DNA of 64,000 bases, taken from contig CM082596.2 in assembly GCA_040954595.2 (NCBI GenBank), positions 1,765,854 through 1,829,853 on the forward strand. Reading direction: 5' to 3'. Both the position numbers and the translations under genes were made by a program. The stretch comes from Balanoglossus misakiensis (lineage: Eukaryota > Animalia > Hemichordata). This document shows positions 37,036 to 50,400 of this stretch, piece after piece (the stretch's first letter is position 1; each line of letters opens with the position of its first letter). The notes beneath the pieces were generated by a model that searched no databases, had not been told where the DNA came from, and saw nothing but the letters and a program-made list of their open reading frames with translations.

Positions 37036-37058
37036 TGACGTCATATCAGCTGACGTCA
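37036..37058. promoter_or_regulatory. Two perfect CRE palindromes in hyccin intron 1
   Basis: TGACGTCA at 37036-37043 and 37051-37058 (direct repeat CTGACGTCATAT x2), ~110 bp upstream of the start codon. Confidence 0.45.
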
Positions 37059-37168
37059 TATAATGGCATTCCTAATCCGATTCTATTCTATCTGTTGTCC
37101 AGATTGTCAGTGAAAGCCTGGTTCTGCTAAACCTAGGAGCAGATGCATTGGTGATCATCGGTGCTACC

Positions 37169-37490
37169 ATGGACCAGACACAAATACAAGAACTAAAAGA
37201 ATGGGTTGCAGAGTGTAAGGTATGTGATTACTGCACACATCAGCTGTTCCAGTAGAAAGTACCTATCTACATATTTTGATTGAAGTATGACATTACTTTC
37301 AGCAAGAGCCCAGGTGTTTATTCAAATTGGACCATAACATGTACATGTATGCATTTACTTCTCAGACTTTGCCAAGGGCCGAAGTCAATGCTTATGGCAA
37401 CACACTCAAACAGCAGAAAGAAGTAATAGAAGCAATATACAGAGTATTTGAGTCGAAGGAGAATGAGGTAAGATTGTTTGATGCAAGCTA

Positions 37491-37529
<39 letters not shown>

Positions 37530-40500
37530 CACTTAACTGTCGTATTTCGATCATTTAATTTTCAGTTGAGAGACAGCGTTTGTGGTCAGCTGTTTGAATT
37601 TTACCGAAGCTATGATCCTGAGTGCAAAAGATTCTGTTTGCAATACATCCCCAGTATAATATATTACTATTTGACATCAATAGTCAACAATAGGAACAAG
37701 GTAAGTAAATGTATGGTGTGTGTGAATCTCAAAGAGCCAAATTGGCTTGTCATTCTGAACCCTTGTGAAAACTTCTGACTGATTTCATAGTTCATTGGGG
37801 TCAGGGTGCAAAGGTTAACAGACTCCGCCTAGAATAGGCTACATGTATGCATTGTCTCCAATTTATTTTGAAATTGTTGTTATGGAATCCGTCAGGAATG
37901 TGACATATTTTATTTCTCTTTGCAGTCAGGTGGTTGCATTGAAGCACTATTATTGGCCATCTATAATCTTGTAAGTACATTTTTAACTGATATACCAAGT
38001 AAAATACAAATATTATCAGTAAGATGGATTTGTTGATCACTGAATGTGTAATATGATTTCGTTTTCAGGATCTTGTTGAACCTGATGGTTCACCCAAAGT
38101 GAAATCTTTCATTATTCCAACATTAGCCAAACCCTCAATATACCATGAGGTAAGCATACATATATGACATCTTTCATTAATCAAACATTTGCCAAGCCTC
38201 ATTGTACCATAACATAATTGGCAGTAATGGTGTGTAGCACTGAGTTCAGTGGCATGCCATCCCAACAATTCTGAGTAAATGCCTGTTTCAAACTCTGCTG
38301 AAACATTGGTAAAATGGTGCATGGTGAAATTAATATTGATTTTGATGTGTATTTACAGCCAGTGCATCTGTCGTCAGTAGCATTAACAGAAACAGCACTA
38401 TCGTCACATCAGAAAGGAGAAACACACGTCATCAAGAGTGGACCCTATCCACAGGAAGAAATGATCACTGCTCAAAACAGGTATAATTCATTAGGATTTA
38501 GTCTATACACATGATTTACTAGTATGTCTGACCATCAACATTCCTACGTTTGAATTATTATTCCATGTTTTAGACCAAATCCAGGCAAATTTTTCACTGA
38601 TGTTTTCCTGGTGTTTTCTCTTCTATAGGTTTTCAGTGTTGTCCCATGTACTCTATCTTTACAATGCTGACATTGCTCGGATGCCTGGAGCCTCCCACGA
38701 AATGCTCTGTAAAATGTGTTCCAGGTATGTCTTTCATAAGTTTACCAAGGGACAGTGATTTGGATTTCTATTGCACTGACCGCCAGTCCGTCAGTCTTCT
38801 GATGATGTACACAATTGCACACACTAAATGGAAAATGGAGCTTCTGTTTGTAATGGTAAAGAGAACAAAAATTATCTAAAGATAGGAATTTTGTCTCACC
38901 ATTAAACATGGTTGCCTTGCTTTGCTTTTCACCTTCACAGGCTTTGCACAGCAGGTTATCGAACTGTCAAATCGACCCCAAACTCTCTGTCGCCGAGTTC
39001 CTCATCAGACTCCATACCTGTAGTCAATGGTTATCATGACAACCAGGCAAGAATCAGGCTGCGTCCCGACTTCATGATTGAAATGCTGAATGGTGTATAC
39101 TTCGTCCAGTGAGTTTAAGTAGAACTTCTACACATCACAAATCTTGTGTGATTTATTTTTTATATATGCATTTGGACTTTTGTGTATCAGTAGTGATCAG
39201 CACAATCAACTAACCTTGAAAACTTCATTTCTTGTGTCAACGTGCAGGTTCAATGGACTTGCCAAGTCGGGAGTCGATGCCCTGGAAGATATCCATAACA
39301 GAGCTTGCCAGGAACTCTTCTCTGAAGTCATCATGGTAAGAGACATCAGACAGATTCACACACACTCTAGCAAGATGTAGCCCAGAAATCAAGGGAGACT
39401 ACATAGCACCAGGAGAATGAGGCACCATCTTTTACTTTCAGGTTTTGGCTCTACAAAACTCATTTCAGCATCAAAATATACCCGTCTTTGGCCAGCATAT
39501 TCCTGGCTGTGAGTTTTATTGAAGCTGTATCTTTGAACTCCTGGAGACAGCAATCATTGACTGTTTGTTTGGTGTTTCAGGTCACCAATGCGATAAAGAA
39601 TTCTCTGGCGAGTAATCCTTCAGGTCGTCCAACAGACGGACCCATTGGTATCAGCATTGCTGTGACACCCTCAACACCCACAGTCAAGAGAGCGGCCATC
39701 ACTAATGCTTCGTTCAAAGCCAGAAGACTGAGTCATATCAGTGGTAAGCGAAATTTGATCTATTGCCCCTGTTGCCGTAGTGATATATGCAGATTTAGTA
39801 CCACACTACCCAATGGCCCACAGACATTTTCAGATATAGAGCACCTGGTATCCGTCAAAATGTTCACTAGCGCTTTGCAGAATGTTGCGTGAATATGCTG
39901 TCGCAAAAAAGGTAGGTCTTTAGTCTAGATTTGAAAACATCAGTACTTAACTGATGAGGTGTCATACTGATACATGTTAAACATGCATGATCTGTGAATT
40001 TAATCCAGTAAACATTATATAAAACATTAATTACGGGCCCAGGGAGCAAAAGTTAAATTATAAGGCCCTAAAGTAGCTATGTTCACTTCTATCCTTGGCC
40101 AATAAATCCGTGTAAAACACAAATTTTTAAACTGATGTTTTTGGGGGGTCTTGCTTGGAACAAGTCTATCATCGTGCAACCAGTTTGTTTAACCATTCTG
40201 TAGACCAAATGATGCCCTTGGATTTGCAGTCCTAACTCTAAATCATTTCTATGTGATTACTTTTCACTTGTAAATCATTGAAGATGATGTCACTATCACG
40301 GACTCCCAAGGGGATAGATCATCCAAGGGGTTCAACGATAACGTGGATGGTATGTCTGATGGAGACGGCTCTCCTGTCAAAATCAACATTGAGAGTGTGG
40401 ATGTGGCCTTCAAAAACAAGTCGCAGCCATCGACCAAAGTTGATACTGTACACGTACGCACCAGTGCTAAAAAAGTAACAACCAAAAAGGACAATGAACC

Positions 40501-40630
40501 AGATCCAGTGGCCAATCAGGGCAAAGTATTGATTGCACCTGCTAGCCACTCGCGCGAGATCACTGTGTCAAATGCGTCGAATACTGTTGACATGGATTCA
40601 TCCCCGGGAAGGATGGAAACGCGGCTGTAA
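37169..40630 (+). CDS. FAM126A: Hyccin / FAM126 (PI4KIIIalpha complex subunit)
   Basis: Exons 37169-37219, 37366-37467, 37566-37700 (VCGQLFEFYRS...RFCLQYIP.II..YL), 37926-37970 (GCIEALLLAIYNL), 38069-38149 (F.IPTLAKPSIYHE), 38359-38480, 38629-38724, 38941-39108, 39248-39335, 39581-39743 (VTNAIKNSL...AITNASF), 40284-40630. These motifs are hyccin-diagnostic; A versus B paralog cannot be assigned. Confidence 0.92.
37493..37529. repeat. (TGA)~12 microsatellite in hyccin intron
   Basis: Perfect trinucleotide run; source of poly-His/poly-Met ORF artefacts. Confidence 0.95.
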
Positions 40631-40647
40631 ATTTCTCCATTGTGTAG

Positions 40648-40738
40648 ACCCTTTCACCCCCATTTCTGTCTAAAGAGGTCCAACTTCACCATAGAAAACA
40701 ATGGGTTTGGACCAAGCTAGGGGTGGTGAAAGGGATAA
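40648..40738. mobile_element. ~90-bp piggyBac-like MITE in the hyccin 3' UTR
   Basis: TIRs CCCTTTCACC ... GGTGAAAGGG; internal sequence shared with 26734-26797 and, more diverged, with ~35365-35440. Confidence 0.6.
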
Positions 40739-40966
40739 TTTTTCAGAAATATTGTTACTGCGTAGGGCATGCTGTTAAGTATGTTGTATAATACATTGTT
40801 GACAATGCAATAAGAATGTAAATATTTTGGTTTCTATACTTGGCTGACTTAATGAATGGACAATAAGACCTCCGTGATTTCTTAATCTGGTGATTGGAAT
40901 ATCCAGTATTCAGTTTGTCACTTTGATTTCTTTGGATTTTATGTTTAAGATTATTATCATTTCATT

Positions 40967-41078
40967 CTGATTTGTTTATTTTTTCCGTTTCTGATTTGTT
41001 TATTTTTTCCATTTTTGATTTGTTTATTTTTTTCCATTTTGTTTTTGTATCATTTCTTTCAGATTTGTTTATTTTTTC
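40967..41078 (+). repeat. U-rich ~23-bp tandem repeat in the hyccin 3' UTR
   Basis: GATTTGTTTATTTTTTCC(A/G)TTT unit repeated about 4 times. Confidence 0.8.
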
Positions 41079-44000
41079 CTTTTTGTTTCGTTTTGTAAAC
41101 TTCAATTTTTCTCTGGGAAATGACCTTTACGTAACAGTTCAAGTTGTTCAACTAGCATGATTTTTCAGAGGGTACAATATATTATTTACAAGCAGCGTTA
41201 ATTGGAAGATAAACTGTGATATAGCTACTGATGCTTTCTCAAGCGATGCATGACAAAGATCAGTATACATTGCAAAATAGCTCATGATGTTCTTTGAATT
41301 TTTCTTCTCAATTTAATGAAGCGATTTGCTGTATATAGTATGAGTGAATTCTCACAAAGATACTGTGACATAATTAAAGTACTGAATAAATTTATAAGCT
41401 GAACAGTTATGTCTTTAAACTTTATGCTTGGAAGATAAACAGTAATAAACTATTACCGAAGTCACAGCTGGTGATATGTACATATTCTGGTCCATCAGTC
41501 TTGGCACAGATGCAATCATTGCATAATGGAATGCCAGTGTCAATGATGGAACTTGATGTACTTGATGTATGAAGGTAAGCACTACCTTGTATATAAAACG
41601 TTTTCCTCAAAAAATGTAACTCAGACTGCTGTGAGCAACACATTTTGTCAAATGACAATGCACATTGGCCCAGTGTAAGCTAAACAAGTGTTTTTACCTC
41701 AGTTTCTTGTTTGTGTCTATTTGACGCAAATAAGGCACACCACACAACTTAGTAAAATTTGTAATGTTGACATTTTTAAACTTTATTAGAAAGTGTAACG
41801 ATATACAGTGAATAGCACATAGCACAAAAAATGAAAAAGAAGAAATTGATAATTACATAACTGTGTTAGGCTGCAATGAAAAGACAAAAAATTTCAACTA
41901 CAATATTTGTGGAACAGAAAAATAATATGACAAAAACAATTCCATACTGAGCAGATGTCAAATGTTTCAAGTGAAACAAACTCAGTCAACGAAAAATTCT
42001 CATTCAGAAAAAAATAACGAAAGGTTTCACAAGTGACCTTTGAACTGTGACCCAAACGGGGTCATCCTATTGGACACCCAAAAAGAGGCTGGTCACAACC
42101 GAGCCTCTGAATTTAAACAAAGAGACATGTGAGTCAATAGGAGAAATGAAATCATTTAACGCTGACCATGTCACCTGACCTGACCATGTCACCTGACCTG
42201 GTCTCAAAGAATCAATTATCAGAATTGTAACAAAACTTCAAGAATTTCATCCCCCTTCAAACTCTTTAAACAAAAGCAAACAAGCAAAGATAGAAACACA
42301 CAAAATTAATATGTATGATACAGAACAAATAATAGAAATAATTAAGTTTTGTAAAGTTAGATATTTAGATATGTAACAGGGGTAAATAAATATAGTTGGT
42401 CAATTTTAGGATTTCATGTAAGCATAAATCACGTACCATGCAACAATTTGCATTTCTGGCATTCCTATTTGTGTAATACCAAGTCTCAAGAATATTTTCT
42501 CCAGTTTCAACTTTCAATTCAGAAAACCATTGCATTCATTACAATCAATTGGAAATATGATGTAGTAAAAAGGAAATGAATATATTTATTTTAGGGAGGG
42601 TATATACATTTTGGGGTGATCCTGTTTTTAGGAAGGAAAATAGCTAATATTTAATCCCCACTGAATCTTTTATTATATGTCACTTTGTTAACAGCAATGT
42701 TAGATCCTTCAATAATGTCTCACAATTCATAACAGTTAAATAAATAATCAAAATTAATAAGGAAATAATATATGCTGGATATTTTGAAGAATACATTTCA
42801 TCTGCTGGCCCCCCTATGATGTCACCAGAAGTTTACTGCCAAGCCAGATTCCAAAGGTTAAAGTCACTACTTAGTCCAAGCATACCTTTATTCACAACCA
42901 TTTAAACCACGAGAAAACATAAAGCTCAAATCTTACATTGAACATTAAAATTTGTAAAGATTACACCATCCTGCACTTGACTGCATTTAGTCTTCATCGG
43001 AATTCTAATTGTTCAAGAAAAGTTGCATGCATAGGTTAATAACTAATTCTAATAGCCCCTCTACGATATGCAATAGACATGATGACGCCCTCCACAGTTT
43101 GTACTATACAAGGTTAATTTTACGTTCGCCAGTTGTTTGAAAAGCCATATCAACAATAACTGTTTGCTCTTGTATTCTGAGCTTTCTCACTGTTTCAAAT
43201 CTATACTACAAATTTATTCTAGATCTTGGTTTTCCTCAGGAAGGGGAAAATTTGTGTTCAATAAAATGGTGTGCATACCAGTTATGGTGTGCTATGGAAT
43301 GGAATATTGCTCACCGAATAATTCCCTGGTTTTCTCAAACACTTAGGTGGTTCATGGGCATTTACAGCCAACAATATTGCTTGATTTGAAACATGGACAC
43401 CTAAGCTTGTCTAGTTACGTACCTACCACCTACTGGATAACTATGGCAGTTCATGTAGTTCAATAATTGATATTTTACAATTTTTTTATAGAAAAATACC
43501 AAATAATTTCAATTTTAATAAAGGCACACTTGCAGAAAATTTCAAAATAAGTGTCTTAGAAAACCCTTTGGCCACTCTCACATTTGTCTTCTGAAGATAA
43601 CTATACTTAAGACCTTTGACCTGTAATTAACCATTCAAAATAATGCAATATTTAAATTTACCTGGAAGCGCAAAATCAACCCGTAAGTGAGCTGATTTGT
43701 GACTGTGCATTGACTGAAATAATTGATGTACACAATATGCAAATGTGCCAGAAATATTTACATGCTGTTTGAGAAATTAAATTACTAACAATTAGAACAA
43801 TAAACATTGCGGAGAAAAAACAGTACAACTTCAACACTCGTGACTTCAAAAATGACGATAAATATCATTTTTAACACATCACAGTTTCTGCACCTTTTGC
43901 TGTAAAATTTCACTTATTCCACAAAGTACACTACAAATAATTCCTTTTATAAAATTTATCAGAAATCAGAGTCTCGGATTTGGGGGAAAAATTCAAGTGC

Positions 44001-44430
44001 CTACGTCCTGTGTGTGTGTGAATTTATATCGGGCAGAATCTGAAATGCTATCCCATTCTGAAACAGTTCTGGTGGGAATGTTTGGTAGTTCTATAAAGTG
44101 AGAGTGGCCGGCCAAAGCCAGTCAAGTATCCATAGTAACTTATTCAGTATTTCTGTAATACAGCTTTTAAAATCATTCAAAACAACCTTTTCTTTCATAT
44201 TGTAAATTGTATGTGATGCACAGAAACTACGTAAAATTCTGAATCCCTGCAGTAACCCATCTTCTCCCAAGCAAGCCAGTCTGAGACATTTAAAGAAATT
44301 CATACCGGTGCTTCAAATTTTGACATTTTTTTACATTGTTAGTATTTATATTAATACATTGTAAAACTCAGTGACCTTTGACCCATAATCCACCCATGAT
44401 GCACTGCTGTCGTCTTGCCAGAGTCAATTT

Positions 44431-47400
44431 CTAGATTCTCTCGAAGGCTCCGAAGCTTGTCATTGGTTTGTGTAACAAAGGTGGCCTCATTAAACCACCA
44501 TCCGAATGAGTGCTGTAGTGGCTCTTTACTGATTCTGTGTCGTCGTTATTCGTGTGGTAGTTCATGATTGGCGGTGGTGGTGAACGCCACTGTCTAATAG
44601 GTGAATGCCTCACTTGAAGACTGTACTGTAAGCGAGTCAAGACACAACAGTGTGTTAATTCACAAGACAGTTTTTCCCAAACACAACAACTTTTATTGCT
44701 TGTTATTTAAACTTTGCCTGCATAAATTGATCGCACAGCTTTCCACCTGTTTATATAAAAGAGATTCGATGACAAATGTTGTTTACCGTGGTTGCTATCG
44801 TGTGACTAAACGTAACCAGTCTGGAAATTGCTGCCATTAAGTTCTTGGTTTCATTTATGGTACTATCGACCTATAAAAGAAAAGAAAAATATTACCATGA
44901 TTGGAAAGTTATAGGCTTCACTTGATGGAAAACTGTCAGTGGAATCGAAAATGAAAGCGAAGCACTGAGAGGATGCTAAACAATCTATATGGCAGCAGAA
45001 ATTCAACTTCTTGTGAGAAAGGTATTGCCCTCACCTTCGTGAAAGTGGCCACTTTGCCTGTAGTTGGAGACTTTGTTGTGAAGTGCAGCTGTTGACAGTA
45101 TGTTGGGATCTTCTCCAGAAAGGACAAAAGTTCAATCTTGTGCGAGCCGTCTGGTATCCTTGAAGCAAATTCTTTGATGGTTCTGTACAGTTTGTTGCCT
45201 TCTTCAGCGAAATACTGGGTGAAAAAAAGATGCAGGGTTGATGGTCATGAATGTGTAGAGGTCACAGGTTAATTATATATCTTGTGTCTCTTGTGGGTCA
45301 TCTGGTGTCAAATGGGGTCGTGTGGGGTTCACAAGAAAAGCCCTGATTGGTTGTTTGGCATCCTTCACAGGACATACATTGTGGTATTTTCTTGGATGTA
45401 GTCCTGGTCACAATCTTGCTGTTGTCTATGATCTGACCACGGTCACTCCACACATCTGACCTACCTCTGCCTGAGTGAAGAGATCCTGGGTGGTCTTCAA
45501 TGGTCCTTCACCCCTCGTGAACAGATACATGGAATATGCCATACTGGACATGTTTTTGGCTCTCTTCACAATATCGTTCTCTGGATCTTCCCATTTCTCA
45601 GCATCGGCGTCCAATTCGGATGTCATCAGCTTCATTTCAAGGCCTGCTTTGGCAATCTTGGCTTGTTCCTGTGATGTAAATATTGAGATTTATCAAATCA
45701 AGTTCCAGAAGGGAAATTTGCAGCCACAGTCATATACTGACATTACACTTTAAGTCAAATGCCGTTCATGAAAGTCGATGAATCCATGCTTGTATTTTCC
45801 TATATGAAATGACTTTACACAAATGTACATATGTAATCATCCATGAAAATGTGATGTTGATAACAAAATAAAACCAACCTCTGGGTCAAGTTTGACAGGT
45901 TTAAGTGCTACAGTCTTCAGGGTAGTTCCATGTTTCTGAATAAAACATAAAAGAACCACACAATGCATATAACTTTGAGGACATTATAAGAACAGTTTCA
46001 CCACATTGCCCCTGACAACCTTCATTTAGATAATTTTCAATGTTTGTGATCTAAAAGTGACATTACTGCATTCTGAAAAATCTAGAGACAGACACACAGA
46101 CACCACACAGACAGGGAGAGTACAGGCAAGATGATTAGGAAGAGCAAAAGTTTTTTTAGTTTTGCAAGCTAGTCTTTGGACTTCCTATGTGTTGCTGGCA
46201 GGTAGCTAGCATAAGACAGTTGATGAAAAATGAGACAATCACTTCTTTGATCTCGATATCAGGGTATCCATGCTGACAAGTTAGGTCATAGCATTTCAAT
46301 ATGATAGTCAAGAAAGGACCGCGGTTGCCAAGTGTGCACAGCAACACTAGGAAAAGTCCAAGCTGGATAGACGCAAAGCAGTTAGAAACTCTTTCAAGTG
46401 ACACTCCTGGTTTGTAAAAATTTGTTAAACTCATGGCGATTGGTTGCCAATTGTCCTACACACAAATTTATACCAATCATATGAAACTAAACAGTGAGTT
46501 TCATACAATGTATCATACAAAACAGGCATGCCACTTCAAGAGTATTACCCAGCATTCACTTCACCTCCCCATCACTCAGTAACCCACACCTATACCGTAG
46601 CCCTACAGTTTGGGGTTTGCAGTTGGACTATTCTATGTAGACAAATAAACAGGGGTGAGCTTTTCTAATTCTCAGGAGTTACAACACAAGAAATGGGTGT
46701 ACACACAGCTTTCATTCACCAGAACGAAAGACAATAATGGAAGTCAGAGTCAAACCAAAATGTCTGAACGCGTTTGTTTGTTATTTTGTTTTCATCAAAT
46801 CTTGTGAACATGTCTAAAAGTTTTCTAACAATTATGGATGACAACACATCTATGAAAAAACAACTAGACAGCAACCACTGAAATCTAAATACAACTCAGA
46901 GTAGTAAATCTTCAATATAAGTCAAATTTCTTCTTGGATAAAACATTGCTCAGAATTCCCTTTGTAAAGCATGTGAGATTATGTCATAAATAAATCACTT
47001 TCAAACTTTTCAAGGAGTTACATCGATGCATAGATTTTCTCTATATGTTCGTTTTAACTAAAGTTACGGCAGAAAATTAGTGAGCAGACAGAATAGAGAG
47101 GAGATAAGTCAGTTTGTGAAAGAGCAGCACTATTTCTCATGTCTCTACTACTTTGAAAAACATCATTACTTACAAAAGAACCATTATTCTGTGTATTTAG
47201 GATAAAAGTATAGCAATTGGGTTGACACATAGGGAAATACAGAAAATAAAAGTTAGTGATGTGGATTTTGAAGGAGATAAAAAATATAACAAGATGCTGG
47301 GAGAAAAATGCGGAAAAATACCTGAACATAAATAAGGCTATGAGCATGCTATTTGGAGAAATAAAAAATAAAATAAAAAAAGCATAAGGCAAAAAACAAG

Positions 47401-50400
47401 CAATAGTGAATAACTTATGTGCAAAATGAACATTACAACTATGCGCAAATTATAATTATAGGATGGCAGTATGTGCACATTACAGCAGGCAGAATAATTA
47501 ACTGAAACATTAAAATTCCTAAATAATACTGAATGATATGATTATAAATGCATGCAAATCTGAAATCAAACTAAACCAATAAATGATAACAATTGATGAC
47601 ACATGTGATGTATATGAAGTGTAATACTGAAAAATGACATTACATTAATGCATCAGAAAATAAATTTTGAATAGTGGGCCATTCTTACGGGCTTTCATTC
47701 AGGTAGTAAATTTGCGTTATAATTTATAAGATGTGGTATAGTGTGGCCTGCTATGATATGATTTGTTTATGAAGCATACCGTCCAATGCTTTAGGTAAAT
47801 AACTGCGGTCCCATGTTTATGGTTACTTTTACTTATGAATGGCAAATGACATAAATGATTTTATTTCAAGTTGGGCATTTCATATCAGCTGTGGGGTAAA
47901 GCATGGTATGACTCCCTCAATGTTTTAAGTTACCATGAATGTTGTGTAATAAAACTGTAGGTGAACATTCAAGTAACGTTATCAATAATTGATATAAAAA
48001 AATCTCCAAGCAAACTACACAATACAAAGAAAATATCTCAGCAATCAAAAATTCAAATTCGCCCAACAATGCAGCAACTATATATTTCTGACCATACACC
48101 AAAACAACAACAGCAAAAATAGTCAGGAGTACTCACCCCAGGCCTTGGCAGTGACAGATACACTTGTTTATCACCTGTATGAGAAGAATGAAAGTTAAAT
48201 AAACACAGTACATTACAGATGAATATTCAATAGTGATAGTCAGCTGTTGTAGATCAGGTCGCAAAACAAAGAAATCCTCCCAGAAGTGAAGCTGCACACA
48301 AAATGACATAGTCTTGACTACCATCTTCAAGGACACAAACGTACGTTCTCAAGACACTCACCAACTTTTCCTTGGCAGACTTCATTAATTTCTTTGACAA
48401 GCAAAGACAGATCATTGATCTGCAGTTCCCAAGCTTCAGAAAACACATCAAGGTTCTCCTTGGCTATCTTGCTGGTCGGATGGATTGACAATGTTTGAGC
48501 AGCTGACACGATCTGTTGGGTATAGTGACATTCAGATTCAGATAGCGTTCGGATAGACTAGAGTTGTTGTCATGTAAATGTATGTGTTGTTGGCTTACCT
48601 GTGGTCCCAAAACTCTCATGTTACTCTCAGCGTGTTCTGCAGTGATCTGTAATGGCGAGTTGCCTGCTATGTGCCTCAGTAACCTACATGCCTGGAAATA
48701 GAACAATAAAAAAATCCATAAAATACCACACTTGATATGAATGTATTTCAGCAAGAGAAAGTCTTAAAAGTTGTCGATATTCCAAAAAGCAAATTCCATC
48801 CAATTCTACCTACCTCTTGCAGCTGTTCCGTATGCTCTGAAAATTTGATTGAATATTCTTCCACTTTGTCCAGGTCACCCGCGACTCCTCCGTTCTTCAT
48901 CGTTGTCAATAAATCATGGTCTTCGTTGTTCTGGAAGATTTCTGAGGCTTGGTCTAAGGCTGTGTCTTGTAACTACAGGGGAAAGCATGAGTCAGGGGAG
49001 ACCACTAGATGGTGCTATACCACTCTCCATAAACTCTCCATTATGCATTGACAGTTGAAGAAACATTATTTGAAGAAAGCTTTCTGGACATTATTATTTC
49101 GGATATGACTTTATTCCTTCAGAGAGATTTTAAATAGTCCTTCACCTGTTTCTTGAGGTCTTGGGTTATTCTGCACATTTTGATAATCGCAGTTTCTAGA
49201 TCTTCAGTCGGATGCATGCAGTCATTCCTCTCCTGAAAGATTACAGAGAAGCTGTCATTTTAAAGACATGAAAACATCCTAACAAAATATTTTTAGTGCC
49301 TTGGGTGTGAAATGTTTAACCGTATGGAATTGATTGAAGGAGCTACATAACTCTTCAATTGTTCAATCGCAGTTTATCTGTGAACAGCTAATCTTGTTCA
49401 GTGTCTCTTGTGTTGGCACTATCAGTATTACAATCTGTTTGCGATCCAATACTGGGTAATCACGCCAAGAGAAACCTCTCATTACGACTTCTATTGATTC
49501 ACAAAATTTCTAATTTCCTGTAGTGTGAATAATTGTCCTTGATTATATATTGGTTTTCTTGTCCACTTCCGTGTATACGCTGATCTAACTGCAAACGCTG
49601 CAGCTGTTTCATAAATAATTTGTGAATGAATGAATGAAGAATGAATGAGTGAATGAATGTATGTGTGTATGTGTGTGTGTGTGCGTGTGTGTGTTTGTAC
49701 AGTAAGAAGAGGCATCATTATGTACAAATGTATGCATGTGCATACAATACCTTGCTTTAATATTATTAATATTCCTCTGGCATTAGCAAATAATCCCTGT
49801 GCATATTACTTCCTTTCATTCATAATTGCAACCTTGAATGTCACTTGTAATCACTCAGATAATTTATGATTATACTTCCAGTGTTTTCATGACAGCCCAC
49901 AGCAATTATACTTACAATTGATACCCCTAACTTGGCTAAAGTGTGCAACTCCATCTTGGCCCTATCACAGTACGACAGTATTTTCTCTCGGTGTTCATGG
50001 GAAGTGTAGGCGGAGTCTGTGAAATCTTGGGTTGCATCGATGATTTGATCTAAGGCACGAACTAATTTGTCCCTACTTGGGGAGTCTGCCTGTGTGACTC
50101 GTGATAATTCGACAAGATCCTGTAAGAGAGACAAGAATGCACCAAATATCAGCCAATGATCACATAATCAACTTTTCAAACAGCACGAAAAGTGAATACA
50201 CATGTATCCCTATTTCGTGTTTAAAACAATATTGAGAGGGATAAAACTCACTGTGAAATCTTTAAGTAAGTTGTGCATAATGAGCAGAGAAGAAGGCCCA
50301 TTTTGTCTGGTGTGGTCATCTGTGACAACACAGTAGATCATGTCTAGTGCTCGTCTCATGTGACTGAAAACACCATCGCGGTTCTCCTTGGCTGATTCAC

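Noticed and set aside
37318-37554. Poly-His ORF on the minus strand
   Set aside because: Antisense reading of the (TGA)n microsatellite and a hyccin exon.
47780-47820. KHGT-starting duplicate (mutually exclusive) alpha-catulin exon, KHGTAVIYLKHWT|GTATGC
   Set aside because: No AG acceptor or pyrimidine tract before it, and in-frame stops immediately upstream; probably coincidence.
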